From: an uncultured Planktomarina sp.
GTDB lineage: Bacteria > Pseudomonadota > Alphaproteobacteria > Rhodobacterales > Rhodobacteraceae
Length of the DNA: 64,000 bases
Direction: 5' to 3' (one strand)
Assembly (NCBI RefSeq): GCF_943788425.1
Contig: NZ_CALSQF010000005.1
Part shown: positions 1-11,622 of the stretch, one piece after another
Position numbering within the stretch: the first letter of the stretch is position 1
Layout of the letters: every line of letters starts with the position of its first letter
Program-made: the position numbers and the translations under genes
The notes under the pieces: generated by a model
Database searches by the model: none
What the model was told of the DNA's origin: nothing
What the model saw: only the letters and a program-made list of their open reading frames with translations

Positions 1-626
1 GCAACACTCAGAGTTTCAGATCCAAAATTATGGCTCAAAAGCACGACCATATCCGTCGTACCTGCATCAGCGAACATGGCCACCATGGCAACCAGCATCA
101 GAACCGAGCCTAAGAAGGTGTAGAGAAAGAACTTGAACGACGCATAAATCCGCTCTTTTCCGCCCCAAATGCCAATGATCAGGAACATTGGGATCAAACA
201 CGCTTCAAAAAACATGTAAAACAATACCAGATCCAAAGCGCAGAACACGCCGATCATCAGGCTTTCAAGCACCAAAAAGGCGATCATGTATTCCTTTAAA
301 CGATGCGTGACATTCCAAGAAGCTGCAACAACCAAGGGCATCGTGAAGGTGGTCAGCAAAACAAATAACAGGCTTATCCCATCGACCCCCATCTTATACT
401 GCATGCCCAACAGCCAGCTGCGCTCTTCGACAAATTGAAAGCTCGTATCATTTGGCTCAAAACCCGACAGCAGCATAAGGGAGGCCAGAAATGTAAACCC
501 GGTCGCTGCCAGCGCCAAATATTTCACATTGTTTTGAGAGGCCTCACCATCCCCGCGGGCCAAAAGCGCCAAAATGATCGCTGCGACCAGAGGAATGAAT
601 GTAATTAGGCTAAGAAGGTTGCTCAT
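1..626 (-). CDS. nuoM: NADH-quinone oxidoreductase subunit M, 5' part (gene runs off the left edge)
   Basis: Absent from the ORF track because it is open at the edge. Manual minus-strand translation from ATG 626-624 gives [12 protein letters not shown]...[19 protein letters not shown], a polytopic antiporter-like subunit. TAATG stop/start overlap with nuoL, and it sits in the expected position after nuoL. Confidence 0.85.
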   Translation of the reverse strand, partial: MSNLLSLITFIPLVAAIILALLARGDGEASQNNVKYLALAATGFTFLASLMLLSGFEPNDTSFQFVEERSWLLGMQYKMGVDGISLLFVLLTTFTMPLVVAASWNVTHRLKEYMIAFLVLESLMIGVFCALDLVLFYMFFEACLIPMFLIIGIWGGKERIYASFKFFLYTFLGSVLMLVAMVAMFADAGTTDMVVLLSHNFGSETLSV

Positions 627-2590
627 TATTTACCTCCCGCGATGGTCATCCAAGTAACCAAGGCTGCGATACCGATGACCATGCCGAAAGCATAGGTGAA
701 AATATAACCCGACTGCATGCGCCCGGCCCATTTGGTAAAGAAGGGGATAATCCCCATGGCCAAACCGTTGATGCCGCCGTCAATGATTTTGCCATCTCCA
801 ATTTTCCAGAAGCTCCGCCCCAACCATTGCGCAGGGCGCAGGAAGATCACATCGTAAATTTCATCAAAATACCATTTGTTGAGCAAGAAGCGGTAGAGCA
901 CGGGATTGCTCTCAGCCACCCGGCGCGGCAGGTCCAGTTTTGTCATGTAAAACGCCCAAGCCCCCGCAAACCCCAATACCATGGCGATAAATGGCGATAA
1001 TTTGACCAACCAATGGACGTGATGGGCATCGTCAAGCACCGTGTTGCTTGGCGCCATATAGATGGCACCGCGACCCAGTTTGTCCTCGCCGCTGTCATGC
1101 GCGACCGCATCGGCGTCAGAGCGGCTGGCCGCGCTCGTGGCCGCATGTGCAGGCGCAATCAAGCTAAACCCATCCAGCCCATAGCCCTCGGCGTGATCTG
1201 CATCTTCCTGGATGATCCCAAAGAACACCTCAACCTTGTGATGATCGCCAAAAAACGGCTTGTAAAACACCATGCCAGAGAAAATCGCCCCAACCGCCAG
1301 CACCGCAAGCGGCACCAACATGACCTTTGGGCTTTCATGGGCGTGCTCATGGGTGTGTTTGTCACCACGCGCCGCGCCAAAGAAGGTCAAGAACATTAAA
1401 CGCCAGCTGTAAAAACTGGTGAACATCGCAGCTATCACCAACATCCAGAAGGCATAGCCCCCCATTGTTCCCGCATAGGCACTCTCAATAACCGCGTCTT
1501 TCGACAGAAAGCCGGCAAAACCATAGTGCGTGAGGGGGATACCCACACCGGTGATCGCGAGCGTGCCGATCATCATAGCCCAGAATGTATACGGCAGTTT
1601 CTTACGCAAACCGCCATAATTGTGCATATCCTGCTCGTGATGCATGCCGTGAATAACCGAACCCGCACCTAAAAACAGCATCGCCTTGAAAAAGGCATGG
1701 GTTAAAAGGTGGAACATTGCCACGGAATAAACCCCAAGCCCTGCGGCGACAAACATATATCCCAGCTGCGAGCAGGTTGAATAAGCGATCACCCGTTTGA
1801 TGTCATTTTGGACGAGACCGACAGTGGCCGCAAAGAAGGCCGTGGACGCCCCCAAAAAGACGATAAAGCTCATCGTATCGGGTGCAAACTCCATGATGGG
1901 AGACATGCGGCAGACCAAAAAGACCCCCGCTGTGACCATGGTCGCCGCATGGATCAAGGCAGACACAGGCGTCGGGCCTTCCATCGCGTCCGGCAACCAA
2001 GTGTGCAAGATCAACTGCGCAGATTTGCCCATCGCACCGACGAACAGCAAGAAGGCGATCAGGTTCGCCGCGTTCCAATCGCGCCACAAAAACTGCAGCT
2101 CCATCGTGGCCAGCTGCGGACCGATCAGGAAGATGTCCTCAAACTTGATACTATCAGCCACAAGATAAAGGCCAAAGATACCAAGCAAAAATCCAAAATC
2201 GCCAACACGGTTCACCACAAAAGCTTTGATCGCAGCCGCGCCTGCGCTTTGTTTGCGAATATAAAACCCAATCAGCAAATAAGAGGCCACGCCCACACCT
2301 TCCCAGCCAAAGAACAGCTGTAATAGGTTGTCAGAGGTCACCAACATCAACATGGCAAATGTGAAGAACGACAGATAGGCAAAGAACCTTGGCCGATAGC
2401 TCTCGCCGTCCCGGAAGTGATCATCATGTGCCATATAGCCCATGGAATAGAGATGCACCAAAGCCGAGACGGTGGTGATCACAATCAACATAATCGTCGT
2501 CAGACGGTCCATACGAATGGCCCAATCGGTCGACAAGGTTCCGCTCTCAATCCAGCGCAAAATATGAATGCTTTCAGTCTGGCCCGTCAA
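626..2590 (-). CDS. nuoL: NADH-quinone oxidoreductase subunit L, main body (N-terminal helix lies in another frame, see 2574-2738)
   Basis: 654-aa ORF with [31 protein letters not shown] and many TM segments. The ORF-track start is a TTG. An in-frame TGA at 2647-2645 blocks upstream extension. Confidence 0.9.
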   Translation of the reverse strand: MTGQTESIHILRWIESGTLSTDWAIRMDRLTTIMLIVITTVSALVHLYSMGYMAHDDHFRDGESYRPRFFAYLSFFTFAMLMLVTSDNLLQLFFGWEGVGVASYLLIGFYIRKQSAGAAAIKAFVVNRVGDFGFLLGIFGLYLVADSIKFEDIFLIGPQLATMELQFLWRDWNAANLIAFLLFVGAMGKSAQLILHTWLPDAMEGPTPVSALIHAATMVTAGVFLVCRMSPIMEFAPDTMSFIVFLGASTAFFAATVGLVQNDIKRVIAYSTCSQLGYMFVAAGLGVYSVAMFHLLTHAFFKAMLFLGAGSVIHGMHHEQDMHNYGGLRKKLPYTFWAMMIGTLAITGVGIPLTHYGFAGFLSKDAVIESAYAGTMGGYAFWMLVIAAMFTSFYSWRLMFLTFFGAARGDKHTHEHAHESPKVMLVPLAVLAVGAIFSGMVFYKPFFGDHHKVEVFFGIIQEDADHAEGYGLDGFSLIAPAHAATSAASRSDADAVAHDSGEDKLGRGAIYMAPSNTVLDDAHHVHWLVKLSPFIAMVLGFAGAWAFYMTKLDLPRRVAESNPVLYRFLLNKWYFDEIYDVIFLRPAQWLGRSFWKIGDGKIIDGGINGLAMGIIPFFTKWAGRMQSGYIFTYAFGMVIGIAALVTWMTIAGGK

Positions 2591-2738
2591 AGCTGAGGAA
2601 CAGCACCCAAGACAAAAGCGCCGACAGAAACAAAAGACCAGTGGTCAAAACCTGCGCCGCTTTATCGCCGATAACCCCATGACCGAAGCCTGCAATCAAA
2701 GCCCCCACCAATGGAGCGAAAAGGAGTATAGTTTCCAT
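2574..2738 (-). pseudogene. nuoL: nuoL 5' fragment (54 codons) separated from the body by an apparent 1-nt frameshift
   Basis: ATG at 2738, 7 nt after the nuoK stop, opens [54 protein letters not shown]. This matches the canonical first TM helix of NuoL/Nqo12. It is too short (<60 aa) to appear in the ORF track. Confidence 0.7.
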
Positions 2739-2744
2739 AACGCC

Positions 2745-3050
2745 TTACCCTTTCATTACGTTGACGTCTTCAACGTCAATCGAGCCTTTGTTACGGAAGA
2801 AACACACTAAAATCGCCAAACCAATGGCCGCTTCGGCGGCTGCCACAGTCAATACAAACAGCGTGAAGATTTGCCCAACATAGTCACCAAGGAAGGCCGA
2901 AAAAGCAACGAAATTGATATTCACACTCAGCAGCATCAATTCGATGCTCATCAGCAAGATGATGATATTTTTGCGATTTAGAAACAGCCCAAAGATACCA
3001 ATCACAAACAGGGCCGCCGCAACGGCCAAATAATGTTCAAGTCCGATCAT
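2745..3050 (-). CDS. nuoK: NADH-quinone oxidoreductase subunit K
   Basis: 101 aa with 3 TM segments. ATGA overlap with the nuoJ stop, and correct operon position. Confidence 0.9.
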   Translation of the reverse strand: MIGLEHYLAVAAALFVIGIFGLFLNRKNIIILLMSIELMLLSVNINFVAFSAFLGDYVGQIFTLFVLTVAAAEAAIGLAILVCFFRNKGSIDVEDVNVMKG

Positions 3051-3652
3051 AGTCCCTGCCCCGGTTTCACGTCTTTCAATTCCATAGCTTTTGCGGGATC
3101 ACGCATCATCTGAGCGACCACATCCTGGCGCTTAACATCGACCCGATGGCGCAGCGTCAGAACAATTGCCCCAATCATCGCCACCAACAGAACCAAGCCG
3201 GCCAATTGGAAAATCAATATATAGTCATCATAAAGAATGACGCCCAGCTCGCCCGTATTGGTTCCAGCGCCGAATTCAGCGGCTAAGCGCCCCTCATATC
3301 CGGCGGAGTAGTCCCAAACGCCAAACGCAAACATCAACTGGATTAAGACAATCACGCCGATCACCAACCCGAGCGGCAGATATCTTGCCATCTCGGCTTT
3401 CAATTCAGCAAAGTCCACATCAAGCATCATCACCACAAAAAGGAACAATACCGCAACGGCCCCTACGTAGACGATGATCAGCAGCATGGCCACAAACTCC
3501 GCTCCCAGTAGGACAAAGAGGCCCGCCGCCGAGAGAAAAGCCAAAATCAGCCACAAAACCGAATGCACAGGGTTGCGCGCCACGACTGTGAAAATGCCCC
3601 CGATCAAAGTGGACATTGAGAATGCGTAGAACGCGAGTTCCGCGATACCCAT
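3047..3652 (-). CDS. nuoJ: NADH-quinone oxidoreductase subunit J
   Basis: ORF 3047..3736 trimmed to ATG 3652 ([21 protein letters not shown]...), giving 201 aa and avoiding overlap with nuoI. Confidence 0.85.
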   Translation of the reverse strand: MGIAELAFYAFSMSTLIGGIFTVVARNPVHSVLWLILAFLSAAGLFVLLGAEFVAMLLIIVYVGAVAVLFLFVVMMLDVDFAELKAEMARYLPLGLVIGVIVLIQLMFAFGVWDYSAGYEGRLAAEFGAGTNTGELGVILYDDYILIFQLAGLVLLVAMIGAIVLTLRHRVDVKRQDVVAQMMRDPAKAMELKDVKPGQGL

Positions 3653-3674
3653 TGTAATTCCTTCCCTTGGCCGC

Positions 3675-4169
3675 TTAGCGATATGGCGCGTCGAGTTCGA
3701 GATTGCGGGCAATCTCAGCTTCCCAACGGTCGCCATTTTCTAGCAGTTTGGATTTGTCGTAAAATAACTCTTCACGCGTCTCGGTTGAGAATTCAAAATT
3801 CGGTCCCTCGACAATCGCATCCACTGGGCAGGCCTCTTGGCAAAATCCACAGTAAATGCATTTTGTCATATCAATATCGTAACGGGTTGTGCGCCGGCTA
3901 CCGTCATCGCGCGGCTCGGCGTCAATGGTTATGGCCTGCGCCGGGCAAATCGCTTCGCAGAGCTTACAGGCAATGCAGCGTTCTTCTCCATTCGGATAGC
4001 GCCGCAAAGCATGTTCACCGCGAAACCTCGGGCTTAAGGGCCCTTTTTCATGTGGGTAGTTCAAAGTCGCCTTTGGGCGGAAAAAATACTTTATGCCCAA
4101 TTTGAACGCGGCCCAAAAATCTTGCAGCAAGAAATATTTGACCGTGCGTGTATAATCAATATTTGCCAT
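3675..4169 (-). CDS. nuoI: NADH-quinone oxidoreductase subunit I (2x[4Fe-4S])
   Basis: Trimmed to ATG 4169 ([13 protein letters not shown]...). Two CxxCxxCxxxCP motifs: [12 protein letters not shown] and [12 protein letters not shown]. Confidence 0.9.
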   Translation of the reverse strand: MANIDYTRTVKYFLLQDFWAAFKLGIKYFFRPKATLNYPHEKGPLSPRFRGEHALRRYPNGEERCIACKLCEAICPAQAITIDAEPRDDGSRRTTRYDIDMTKCIYCGFCQEACPVDAIVEGPNFEFSTETREELFYDKSKLLENGDRWEAEIARNLELDAPYR

Positions 4170-4173
4170 TGGT

Positions 4174-5211
4174 TTAGCCTCCCACTGTCCAGCGGGCATA
4201 GACGCCCCAGAACCAACCAAATTTCGCTGCAAAGGCCACAAAGACCACCCAGACCAAGGAGAAGGGCAGAAACACTTTCCAGCCCAAACGCATCAGCTGA
4301 TCGTAGCGATACCGCGGCACCAAGGCTTTGACCATGGCAATAAGGAAAAAGAAGATCGCCATCTTCCCAACCATCCAGACCGGACCATCGGCAATGAAAG
4401 GTACAGGCGACGCCCAGCCCCCGAAAAACAACAAGGTGATCAAAGCACACATCAAGAAAATCGCGATATACTCACCAGCCATGAAGAGCAAAAACGGTGT
4501 CGAGGAATATTCCACCTGATACCCTGCAACGAGCTCTGACTCGGCCTCAGGCAAATCGAAAGGTGGACGATTGGTTTCCGCCAAAGCGCTGATGAAGAAC
4601 AAAAACACCATTGGGAAATGCGGGATGAAATACCAGTTGAAAAAGCCCAAATCGCCATTTTGCGCCGCCACAATTGCACCAAAATTCATGGATCCCGTCG
4701 AGATAATCACACCGATGATAATCAAACCCATCGAGACCTCGTAGGAAATCATCTGCGCGGCGGAGCGCAGAGAGCCAAGGAACGGGTATTTCGAATTGGA
4801 CGCCCAGCCCCCCATAATGACGCCGTAAACTTCGAGCGATGACACTGCGAAAACAAAGAGTAGGGCCACGTTGATATCGGCCAAAACCCAAGTGCTATCA
4901 AAGGGGATTACGGCCCAAGCCAACATCGCCAATACAAAGGAAACGAGCGGCGCCAATATAAAGACAGGACGATCCGCACCCGCGGGGATCACAATTTCCT
5001 TAACAACATATTTCAAGGCATCGGCCACGGTCTGCAGCAAGCCAAATAGTCCCACAACATTTGGCCCGCGCCGCATCTGAACCGCCGCCCAGATTTTGCG
5101 GTCGCCATAAACCAAAAATAGCAAGCTGATCATCACAAAGCCAACCACAGCAAGGGTCTGGCCCAAAAGGATCACCGCGACCCCAAGGTTTGTGGAAAAG
5201 AATTCGTTCAT
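4174..5211 (-). CDS. nuoH: NADH-quinone oxidoreductase subunit H
   Basis: 345-aa polytopic protein in the expected operon position. Confidence 0.9.
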   Translation of the reverse strand: MNEFFSTNLGVAVILLGQTLAVVGFVMISLLFLVYGDRKIWAAVQMRRGPNVVGLFGLLQTVADALKYVVKEIVIPAGADRPVFILAPLVSFVLAMLAWAVIPFDSTWVLADINVALLFVFAVSSLEVYGVIMGGWASNSKYPFLGSLRSAAQMISYEVSMGLIIIGVIISTGSMNFGAIVAAQNGDLGFFNWYFIPHFPMVFLFFISALAETNRPPFDLPEAESELVAGYQVEYSSTPFLLFMAGEYIAIFLMCALITLLFFGGWASPVPFIADGPVWMVGKMAIFFFLIAMVKALVPRYRYDQLMRLGWKVFLPFSLVWVVFVAFAAKFGWFWGVYARWTVGG

Positions 5212-5465
5212 ACCTTTGGTATCCCTCGTTCCTTGCGTTCAGCAGTGCTGATGTGCGCCTGAATATTGGCTGACAGGACAGCCGGGTCGTTTGATGGGCT
5301 GTAAACCGTATCTTGTCTAAAAATACCAGCCTTCACCGCATGGTTTTTCGATGAAATTATCGCTCTTTGCGCCGCAAAACCGTTGCAGCCCCAAAGACCG
5401 TGCCAAGTCGCATCAATCTTTGGCCCGCAATAGCGGTCTTGCCGGTTCGTCAAAGACACATCCAT
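5208..5465 (-). CDS. 85-aa URF between nuoG and nuoH
   Basis: ORF 5208..5510 trimmed to ATG 5465 ([16 protein letters not shown]...). It starts 4 nt after the nuoG stop and its stop overlaps the nuoH start as ATGA. No family recognised. Confidence 0.45.
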   Translation of the reverse strand: MDVSLTNRQDRYCGPKIDATWHGLWGCNGFAAQRAIISSKNHAVKAGIFRQDTVYSPSNDPAVLSANIQAHISTAERKERGIPKV

Positions 5466-5469
5466 GAGA

Positions 5470-7488
5470 TTACTCCGCCGCAAGAGGCGCGGAATTCCGC
5501 GCTTTTGCATTGGCCGAAAGCTCCGCCATCAAAACACTGGCCCGTGCAATCGGATTGCTGAGATAATAATCACTTATCGCCTGTCCAAAATCACCCTGAG
5601 CCATTTTTACACTTGTCACGGCCTGCCATTCATTTTCTGGCACAACATCAATCGCAGCCAAATGGGGGACCGCTGCCACCATGTGCGTGCGCAACTGCGC
5701 CAAGTTATCAAAGGGCAGCGCTGCGCCCAACTCAGCCGACAGCGCCCGCAGAATAGCCCAATTTTCCTTGGCCTCACCCGGTGCAAAGCCAGCGCGCTGC
5801 GCCAATTGCGGCCGCCCTTCGGTGTTGACAAAAACACCGTTTTCTTCGGTGTAGGCCGCGCCTGGCAGGATAACATCTGCGCGATGCGCCCCGCGATCGC
5901 CGTGGCTGCCTTGGTATATCACGAAGGCCCCTGGAGCGATCTCCATTTCATCAGCTCCCAAGTTGTAGATGACCTCAGCGCCATCGACTGCCGCAGCAAT
6001 ACCCCCTTCGGTGGTGCATCCCAGATCCATGGCGCCCACCCGTGCGGCGGCTGTGTGCAGGATCAATAATTTGCTACTTGTTTTTTCACAAAGTTCCATC
6101 GTGGCCGCCAAAACCGCCGCGCCATCTTCGCCTTGCAAGGCCGCCTGCCCGAGAACCACGACAGAGGGCTGATCTAGAATGGCTTTATGATCTTTCTTGA
6201 GTAAGGCCTGCAAATCTGCGCGCCCTGTGCCAACATGCACATAGTCATAGGTCAAATCGACTGGCTCACCAATCAGACCAATTGTGGCGCCCCGGCTCCA
6301 AGCCTTGCGGATGCGGGCATTTAGGACCGGCGCTTCGATCTTGGGATTCGTGCCAATCAACTGGATCATCTGCGCTGTTTCGAGATCCTCAACCCGAGCG
6401 GTGCCGACATAGGCGCTCCGGTTGCCCTCTGGCAGTTTTGCCCCATCTGTCCGGCACTCAATTTTGCCGCCCAATCCAGATATCAGCTGCTGAAGCGCAT
6501 AAGAGGCCTCTGTCGAGACCAAGTCCCCGAGCAAAGCGGTCACCCGTTTGCCCGCCATAGCCGCAGCCGCAGCTGACAGCGCTTCTGGCCAAGTTGCGGG
6601 GCGCAATTTGCCTGCCTCACGAATATAGGGCCGATCTAGGCGCTGACGGCGCAAGCCATCCCAAACAAAGCGCGACTTATCGGCCAACCACTCCTCGTTC
6701 ACCCCATCATGGTTGCGTGGCAAAAACCGCATCACTTCCCGGCCCTTCGTATCCACACGGATATTGGACCCCAGCGCATCCATCACATCAACAGAATCGG
6801 TTTTGCTCAACTCCCAAGGACGGGCGGTAAAAGCATAGGGTTTGGACACCAAAGCTCCAACCGGACACAGATCGATGATATTGCCCTGCAAGTTGCTATC
6901 GAGCGTTTGGCCAAGATAGCTTGTGATCTCAGAGTCTTCACCGCGCCCGGTTTGGCCCATCTGGGTGAGACCGGCCACTTCGGAGGTGAAACGCACGCAG
7001 CGGGTGCAAGAAATGCAGCGCGTCATATGGGTCTCAACCAATGGCCCCAAATCCAAATCCTCTGTCGCCCGCTTGGGCTCACGGAAACGGCTGAAATCTA
7101 CCCCGTAAGCCATGGCTTGATCTTGCAGATCACATTCGCCGCCCTGATCGCAAATCGGACAATCCAGCGGGTGGTTGATGAGCAGAAACTCCATCACCCC
7201 TTCCCGGGCTTTTTTCACCATCGGAGAATTCGTTTTGACAACTGGCAATTGGCCTTCCGGGCCAGGACGTAGATCGCGCACCTGCATCGCACATGAGGCC
7301 GCGGGCTTCGGCGGCCCTCCGACGACTTCCACCAGACACATTCGACAGTTGCCAGCAATGGTCAAACGCTCATGATAACAAAAACGCGGCACCTCGACCC
7401 CGACCTGCTCACAGGCTTGGATCAACGTCATCGCGCCGTCTACTTCGATTTCTTGATCGTCGATGATGATTTTTCGCAGGTCAGACAT
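5470..7488 (-). CDS. nuoG: NADH-quinone oxidoreductase subunit G
   Basis: 672 aa. Fe-S motifs [19 protein letters not shown] and [18 protein letters not shown]. Confidence 0.93.
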   Translation of the reverse strand: MSDLRKIIIDDQEIEVDGAMTLIQACEQVGVEVPRFCYHERLTIAGNCRMCLVEVVGGPPKPAASCAMQVRDLRPGPEGQLPVVKTNSPMVKKAREGVMEFLLINHPLDCPICDQGGECDLQDQAMAYGVDFSRFREPKRATEDLDLGPLVETHMTRCISCTRCVRFTSEVAGLTQMGQTGRGEDSEITSYLGQTLDSNLQGNIIDLCPVGALVSKPYAFTARPWELSKTDSVDVMDALGSNIRVDTKGREVMRFLPRNHDGVNEEWLADKSRFVWDGLRRQRLDRPYIREAGKLRPATWPEALSAAAAAMAGKRVTALLGDLVSTEASYALQQLISGLGGKIECRTDGAKLPEGNRSAYVGTARVEDLETAQMIQLIGTNPKIEAPVLNARIRKAWSRGATIGLIGEPVDLTYDYVHVGTGRADLQALLKKDHKAILDQPSVVVLGQAALQGEDGAAVLAATMELCEKTSSKLLILHTAAARVGAMDLGCTTEGGIAAAVDGAEVIYNLGADEMEIAPGAFVIYQGSHGDRGAHRADVILPGAAYTEENGVFVNTEGRPQLAQRAGFAPGEAKENWAILRALSAELGAALPFDNLAQLRTHMVAAVPHLAAIDVVPENEWQAVTSVKMAQGDFGQAISDYYLSNPIARASVLMAELSANAKARNSAPLAAE

Positions 7489-7490
7489 AT

Positions 7491-7925
7491 CTACTTCGCT
7501 TTCAGCAATTTTCCGATCGCGGAGCCTGCTTCAATTTCAGCAAGCCCCAAGGTGCAATAGGTCGCGGGTTGTTCAGGGATAACCCCATGATCTGCAAGTC
7601 GCTCTTGAGCAATGCTCAAAACACGCTTTTTTTCCATGGGATCTTTGACAAAGGCCGTCACCTCTTGGGCCGAATAACCCAGCGATTGCGCCTCTGTCTC
7701 GAGAGTTTTAATGTAAAACAGAGCCTTGAGCATCCGTGCCGAGATACTGGGGCAGGTTTTACGAATGACATTGGCCATAGAAATCGCAATCAACCCTTCG
7801 TTGAGTGCAGCCTCTTGTGCCAAACCCTTCGCAGCACTCACCGGCGCCGGCACGCAGCACAGCGCAAAGGCACCAGCCTTTAGCGTGGTGCGGATAGCAG
7901 CAGGAGGTGAGGCGAATAGGGTCAT
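7491..7925 (-). CDS. 144-aa URF with a signal-peptide-like N-terminus, between nuoF and nuoG
   Basis: 2-nt gaps to both neighbours. Hydrophobic N-terminus ending in AAK. Paracoccus and Rhodobacter nuo/nqo operons are known to carry URFs at this kind of position. Confidence 0.6.
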   Translation of the reverse strand: MTLFASPPAAIRTTLKAGAFALCCVPAPVSAAKGLAQEAALNEGLIAISMANVIRKTCPSISARMLKALFYIKTLETEAQSLGYSAQEVTAFVKDPMEKKRVLSIAQERLADHGVIPEQPATYCTLGLAEIEAGSAIGKLLKAK

Positions 7926-7927
7926 TT

Positions 7928-9223
7928 TTATTCAGCCGCCACACCACGCCGGGGTTGACGCTTATGGGCGATACGCGCCTCGATATCGTCGCGGAAATGT
8001 CGAATGAGCCCCTGAATAGGCCAGGCGGCCGCATCCCCAAGGGCGCAAATTGTATGGCCCTCGACTTGTTTGGTCACATCCAGCAACATATCAATTTCTT
8101 CTGGCTCCGCATCACCGCTCACCAGCCGCTCCATCACACGCATCATCCAGCCTGTACCCTCGCGGCACGGGGTACACTGGCCGCAGCTTTCATGCTTGTA
8201 AAACTTTGCCAAACGCCAAACAGCTTTGACCACATCCGTCGATTGATCCATCACAATGACCGCCGCAGTGCCCAGACCTGAACGCTGAGCCCGCAGCCAG
8301 TCAAAATCCATAATCGCATCCTGCCGCATCACAGAGCCGGGCAACATCGGCACGGAAGATCCGCCCGGGATCACCGCTTTGAGATTGTCCCACCCCCCAC
8401 GGATCCCGCCACAATGCTTGTCAATCAGCTCGTCAAACGGGATCGACATAGACTCCTCGACCACGCAGGGATTATTCACATGGCCGGAAATTGCAAATAG
8501 CTTGGTGCCCGTGTTGTTGGGACGGCCAAACCCTGAGAACCAGGCGCCACCCCGGCGCAAAATGGTGGGCACGACTGCGATAGACTCCACATTGTTCACC
8601 GTGGTCGGACAGCCATATAGCCCCGCCCCCGCAGGAAACGGTGGTTTCATCCGCGGCATGCCTTTCTTGCCCTCAAGGCTCTCCAAAAGCGCTGTTTCCT
8701 CACCGCAAATATACGCCCCTGCCCCATGATGCAGGTAAATATCGAAATCCCAGCCTGATTTGGCCGCATTCCTACCAACCAGCCCGGCGTCATAGGCTTC
8801 ATCAATCGCGGCCTGTAGCGCTTCTCTTTCGCGGATATATTCGCCGCGAATGTAGATATAACACGCATGGGCATTCATCGCGAAGGAGGCAATCAGACAG
8901 CCTTCAATCAGCGTGTGCGGATCATGGCGCATGATTTCACGGTCTTTACAGGTACCCGGCTCAGATTCATCCGCATTCACGACCAAATAGGACGGACGGC
9001 CATCGCTTTCCTTGGGCATAAAGGACCACTTCAACCCGGTTGGAAATCCCGCCCCGCCGCGGCCGCGCAGCCCGGAGGCCTTCATCTCATCGATGATCCA
9101 ATCGCGGCCCTTTTTGATCAAAGCGGCCGTGCCATCCCAATGGCCCCGCGCCTTGGCACCTTTCAATGTGCGCTCATGCATCCCATAGAGATTGGTGAAA
9201 ATACGATCTTGATCTTTCAGCAT
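7928..9223 (-). CDS. nuoF: NADH-quinone oxidoreductase subunit F
   Basis: 431 aa. Motifs [19 protein letters not shown] and [10 protein letters not shown]. Confidence 0.95.
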   Translation of the reverse strand: MLKDQDRIFTNLYGMHERTLKGAKARGHWDGTAALIKKGRDWIIDEMKASGLRGRGGAGFPTGLKWSFMPKESDGRPSYLVVNADESEPGTCKDREIMRHDPHTLIEGCLIASFAMNAHACYIYIRGEYIREREALQAAIDEAYDAGLVGRNAAKSGWDFDIYLHHGAGAYICGEETALLESLEGKKGMPRMKPPFPAGAGLYGCPTTVNNVESIAVVPTILRRGGAWFSGFGRPNNTGTKLFAISGHVNNPCVVEESMSIPFDELIDKHCGGIRGGWDNLKAVIPGGSSVPMLPGSVMRQDAIMDFDWLRAQRSGLGTAAVIVMDQSTDVVKAVWRLAKFYKHESCGQCTPCREGTGWMMRVMERLVSGDAEPEEIDMLLDVTKQVEGHTICALGDAAAWPIQGLIRHFRDDIEARIAHKRQPRRGVAAE

Positions 9224-9228
9224 GTCAT

Positions 9229-9456
9229 TTAGCCTTTATCTGCATCGCGGCGCGCACGCCAAATTTGAAAAGTGACAACCAGTGACCAAACCATTGCAGC
9301 CATAACGGCTAAATCCAGCAACAGCATGTAACGGCTGGAAATATCAAGCTGCACAGCGGCCCATTGCATACCCAGCCAAATCAGCATCGCACCGGCAATG
9401 ACCAGACTGGCTGTCCGGCCTTTCTTGGCTTGCATATGATCTTTTTGACTGTGCAT
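9229..9456 (-). CDS. 75-aa two-TM URF between nuoE and nuoF
   Basis: Two hydrophobic helices. Lies 5 nt upstream of the nuoF start, in an operon-internal position. Confidence 0.5.
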   Translation of the reverse strand: MHSQKDHMQAKKGRTASLVIAGAMLIWLGMQWAAVQLDISSRYMLLLDLAVMAAMVWSLVVTFQIWRARRDADKG

Positions 9457-9503
9457 TTCGTGTTTGGTCTTTCAACTCAGTGTCTTTGCCAGTGGGCGTT
9501 CGG

Positions 9504-10295
9504 TTATTTGGTCTCTTTCGCCTTGGCGGTTTTGGCCTTTGGTGCGGCCTTGGCTTTGGTCTTTGGAGTGGCTTTCGCTTTTGCTGCCTTCCCCAACCAT
9601 GGGGTTAGGAGCGGCACTTCGCTGCCGTCAATGCGTTTGACCGTATCGCCCAAGTCGACAGCCAATTGCACAGAAGCGTTGAAAGCCGCTTTGCCGGCCT
9701 CGTGATCTTGCAAGGAGGTCAAGCCCATGGCCGGCTCTGCGGCGTAACGGCCGGTTTGCGATCCGGGCGTCGGCACTTTGCCTGCTGCCAAATCATCAAT
9801 CAAGGCTGCAAATTTTTCCGCCGTAAGATCCTCATAGTAATCTTTGCCAATTTGCACCATCGGCGCATTTGCGCAGGCCCCTAAACATTCCACCTCTTCC
9901 CAGCTGAACTTCCCATCCCCCGAAACGACATGAGGCTTGCTGGCAATTTTTTCTTTGCAAATAGAGACCAAATCTTCTGCACCGCAAATCATGCAAGTGG
10001 TGGTGCCGCAGATTTGAAAATGCGCAATCTGGCCCACAGGCTGAAGCTGAAACATGAAATAGAAGGTCGCAACCTCAAGAACCCGAATATAGGCCATGCC
10101 CAAAAGATCAGCCACCGCCTCAATCGCTGGGCGTGTCAGCCAACCTTCTTGCTCTTGGGCGCGCCACAACAAAGGGATCACCGCACTGGCCTGCCGACCC
10201 TCAGGGAATTTGGTCATCTGCGCTTCCGCCCAAGCCTGATTGGCAGGTGTGAACGCAAAGGCGCTAGGTTGATCTGCGTGTAGACGACGAAGCAT
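9504..10295 (-). CDS. nuoE: NADH-quinone oxidoreductase subunit E with a Lys/Ala-rich C-terminal tail
   Basis: 2Fe-2S ligand motifs [11 protein letters not shown] and [10 protein letters not shown]. The tail reads [28 protein letters not shown]. Confidence 0.92.
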   Translation of the reverse strand: MLRRLHADQPSAFAFTPANQAWAEAQMTKFPEGRQASAVIPLLWRAQEQEGWLTRPAIEAVADLLGMAYIRVLEVATFYFMFQLQPVGQIAHFQICGTTTCMICGAEDLVSICKEKIASKPHVVSGDGKFSWEEVECLGACANAPMVQIGKDYYEDLTAEKFAALIDDLAAGKVPTPGSQTGRYAAEPAMGLTSLQDHEAGKAAFNASVQLAVDLGDTVKRIDGSEVPLLTPWLGKAAKAKATPKTKAKAAPKAKTAKAKETK

Positions 10296-10361
10296 ATAAG
10301 GCCCCTGTTATTTAAGCGTTCAAAGACGCGACATAGATTTCATAAGGAACGGCGTGGCAAG

Positions 10362-11573
10362 TCATCGGTCGATCTCTCCAAACACCACATCCATCGTACC
10401 AATTATTGCAGCCACATCTGCCAGCTGGTGCCCTTTGCACAGGTGATCCATCGCTTGCAGATGCAAAAATCCCGGTGCTCTAATCTTGCTGCGGTAGGGT
10501 TTATTCGTGCCATCCGCGACCAAATATACCCCAAACTCACCCTTGGGGGCTTCAACGGCGGCATAGACTTCACCCGCCGGAACATGAAAACCCTCAGTGT
10601 AAAGTTTAAAGTGATGGATCAAAGCTTCCATGGATTGTTTCATCTCACCGCGTTTTGGCGGGGTTATTTTCCCGCGCGCCATGACATCGCCCGGCTCCTG
10701 GCGCAATTTACCAATCGCTTGCTTGATGATCGACACAGATTGGCGCATCTCCTCCATGCGGCACAGATAGCGGTCATAACAATCGCCATGTTTCCCAACA
10801 GGAATATCAAACTCAAACTCATCATAGCATTCATAGGGCTGCGCCCGACGCAGATCCCAGGCAAAGCCAGAGCCGCGCACCATAACGCCGCTAAAGCCAT
10901 ATTTCTGGATATCGTCTTCTGTAACCACACCGATATCCGCATTGCGCTGCTTGAAAATCCGATTTTCTGTCAACATCGTGTCGATGTCTTGCAAAACTGC
11001 TGGGAAGGTCTGGGCCCATTCTTCGATATCATCGATCAAAGCATCTGGCAGATCTTGATGCACCCCGCCCGGGCGAAAATAGGCCGCATGCAGACGCGCA
11101 CCGCAGGCCCGCTCATAAAAAATCATCAGCTTTTCGCGCTCTTCAAACCCCCAGGTCAATGGGGTCATCGCCCCCACATCCATTGCCTGTGTGGTCACAT
11201 TGAGCAAATGGTTGAGCACCCGCCCAATTTCAGAATAGAGCACTCGGATAAGGCTGGCGCGGCGCGGCACAATTGTGCCGGTCAGCTTTTCGATTGCCAA
11301 ACACCAGGCGTGCTCTTGGTTCATCGGCGCCACATAATCAAGCCTGTCAAAATAGGGCAAGTTTTGCAGATAGGTCCGGCTTTCCATTAGCTTTTCTGTG
11401 CCGCGGTGTAACAGTCCAATATGCGGATCACAGCGCTCCACAATCTCGCCATCCAATTCCAGAACCAGCCGCAACACACCATGCGCCGCCGGGTGCTGTG
11501 GACCGAAGTTGATATTGAAATTGCGTATCTTTTGCTCGCCGGTCAAAGCGTCGTCAAATTTGGAGCCGTCCAT
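10362..11573 (-). CDS. nuoD: NADH-quinone oxidoreductase subunit D
   Basis: ORF 10362..11684 trimmed to ATG 11573 ([36 protein letters not shown]...), giving 403 aa. Confidence 0.93.
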   Translation of the reverse strand: MDGSKFDDALTGEQKIRNFNINFGPQHPAAHGVLRLVLELDGEIVERCDPHIGLLHRGTEKLMESRTYLQNLPYFDRLDYVAPMNQEHAWCLAIEKLTGTIVPRRASLIRVLYSEIGRVLNHLLNVTTQAMDVGAMTPLTWGFEEREKLMIFYERACGARLHAAYFRPGGVHQDLPDALIDDIEEWAQTFPAVLQDIDTMLTENRIFKQRNADIGVVTEDDIQKYGFSGVMVRGSGFAWDLRRAQPYECYDEFEFDIPVGKHGDCYDRYLCRMEEMRQSVSIIKQAIGKLRQEPGDVMARGKITPPKRGEMKQSMEALIHHFKLYTEGFHVPAGEVYAAVEAPKGEFGVYLVADGTNKPYRSKIRAPGFLHLQAMDHLCKGHQLADVAAIIGTMDVVFGEIDR

Positions 11574-11622
11574 TATGCACCTCCCTCTTGGCCAAAGTTT
11601 TGGCCTGTGATTATCTGTAATA

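Noticed and set aside
2574-2590. Programmed +1 ribosomal frameshifting (prfB-like) as the explanation for the nuoL split.
   Set aside because: There is no Shine-Dalgarno-like stimulator upstream and no slippery codon matching the P-site tRNA in the +1 frame. The site is a short G/C run, where indel errors are common. It stays listed as a finding because the sequence as given is disrupted.
10428-11390. A 320-aa plus-strand ORF antisense to nuoD. Similar long antisense ORFs occur at 18742..19821 (antisense to liuB), 22292..23086 (antisense to the DegT-family gene) and 21054..21680 (antisense to ivd).
   Set aside because: Each lies entirely inside a confidently identified conserved gene on the other strand. 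Their products are Arg/His/Gln-rich low-complexity sequence typical of antisense frames.
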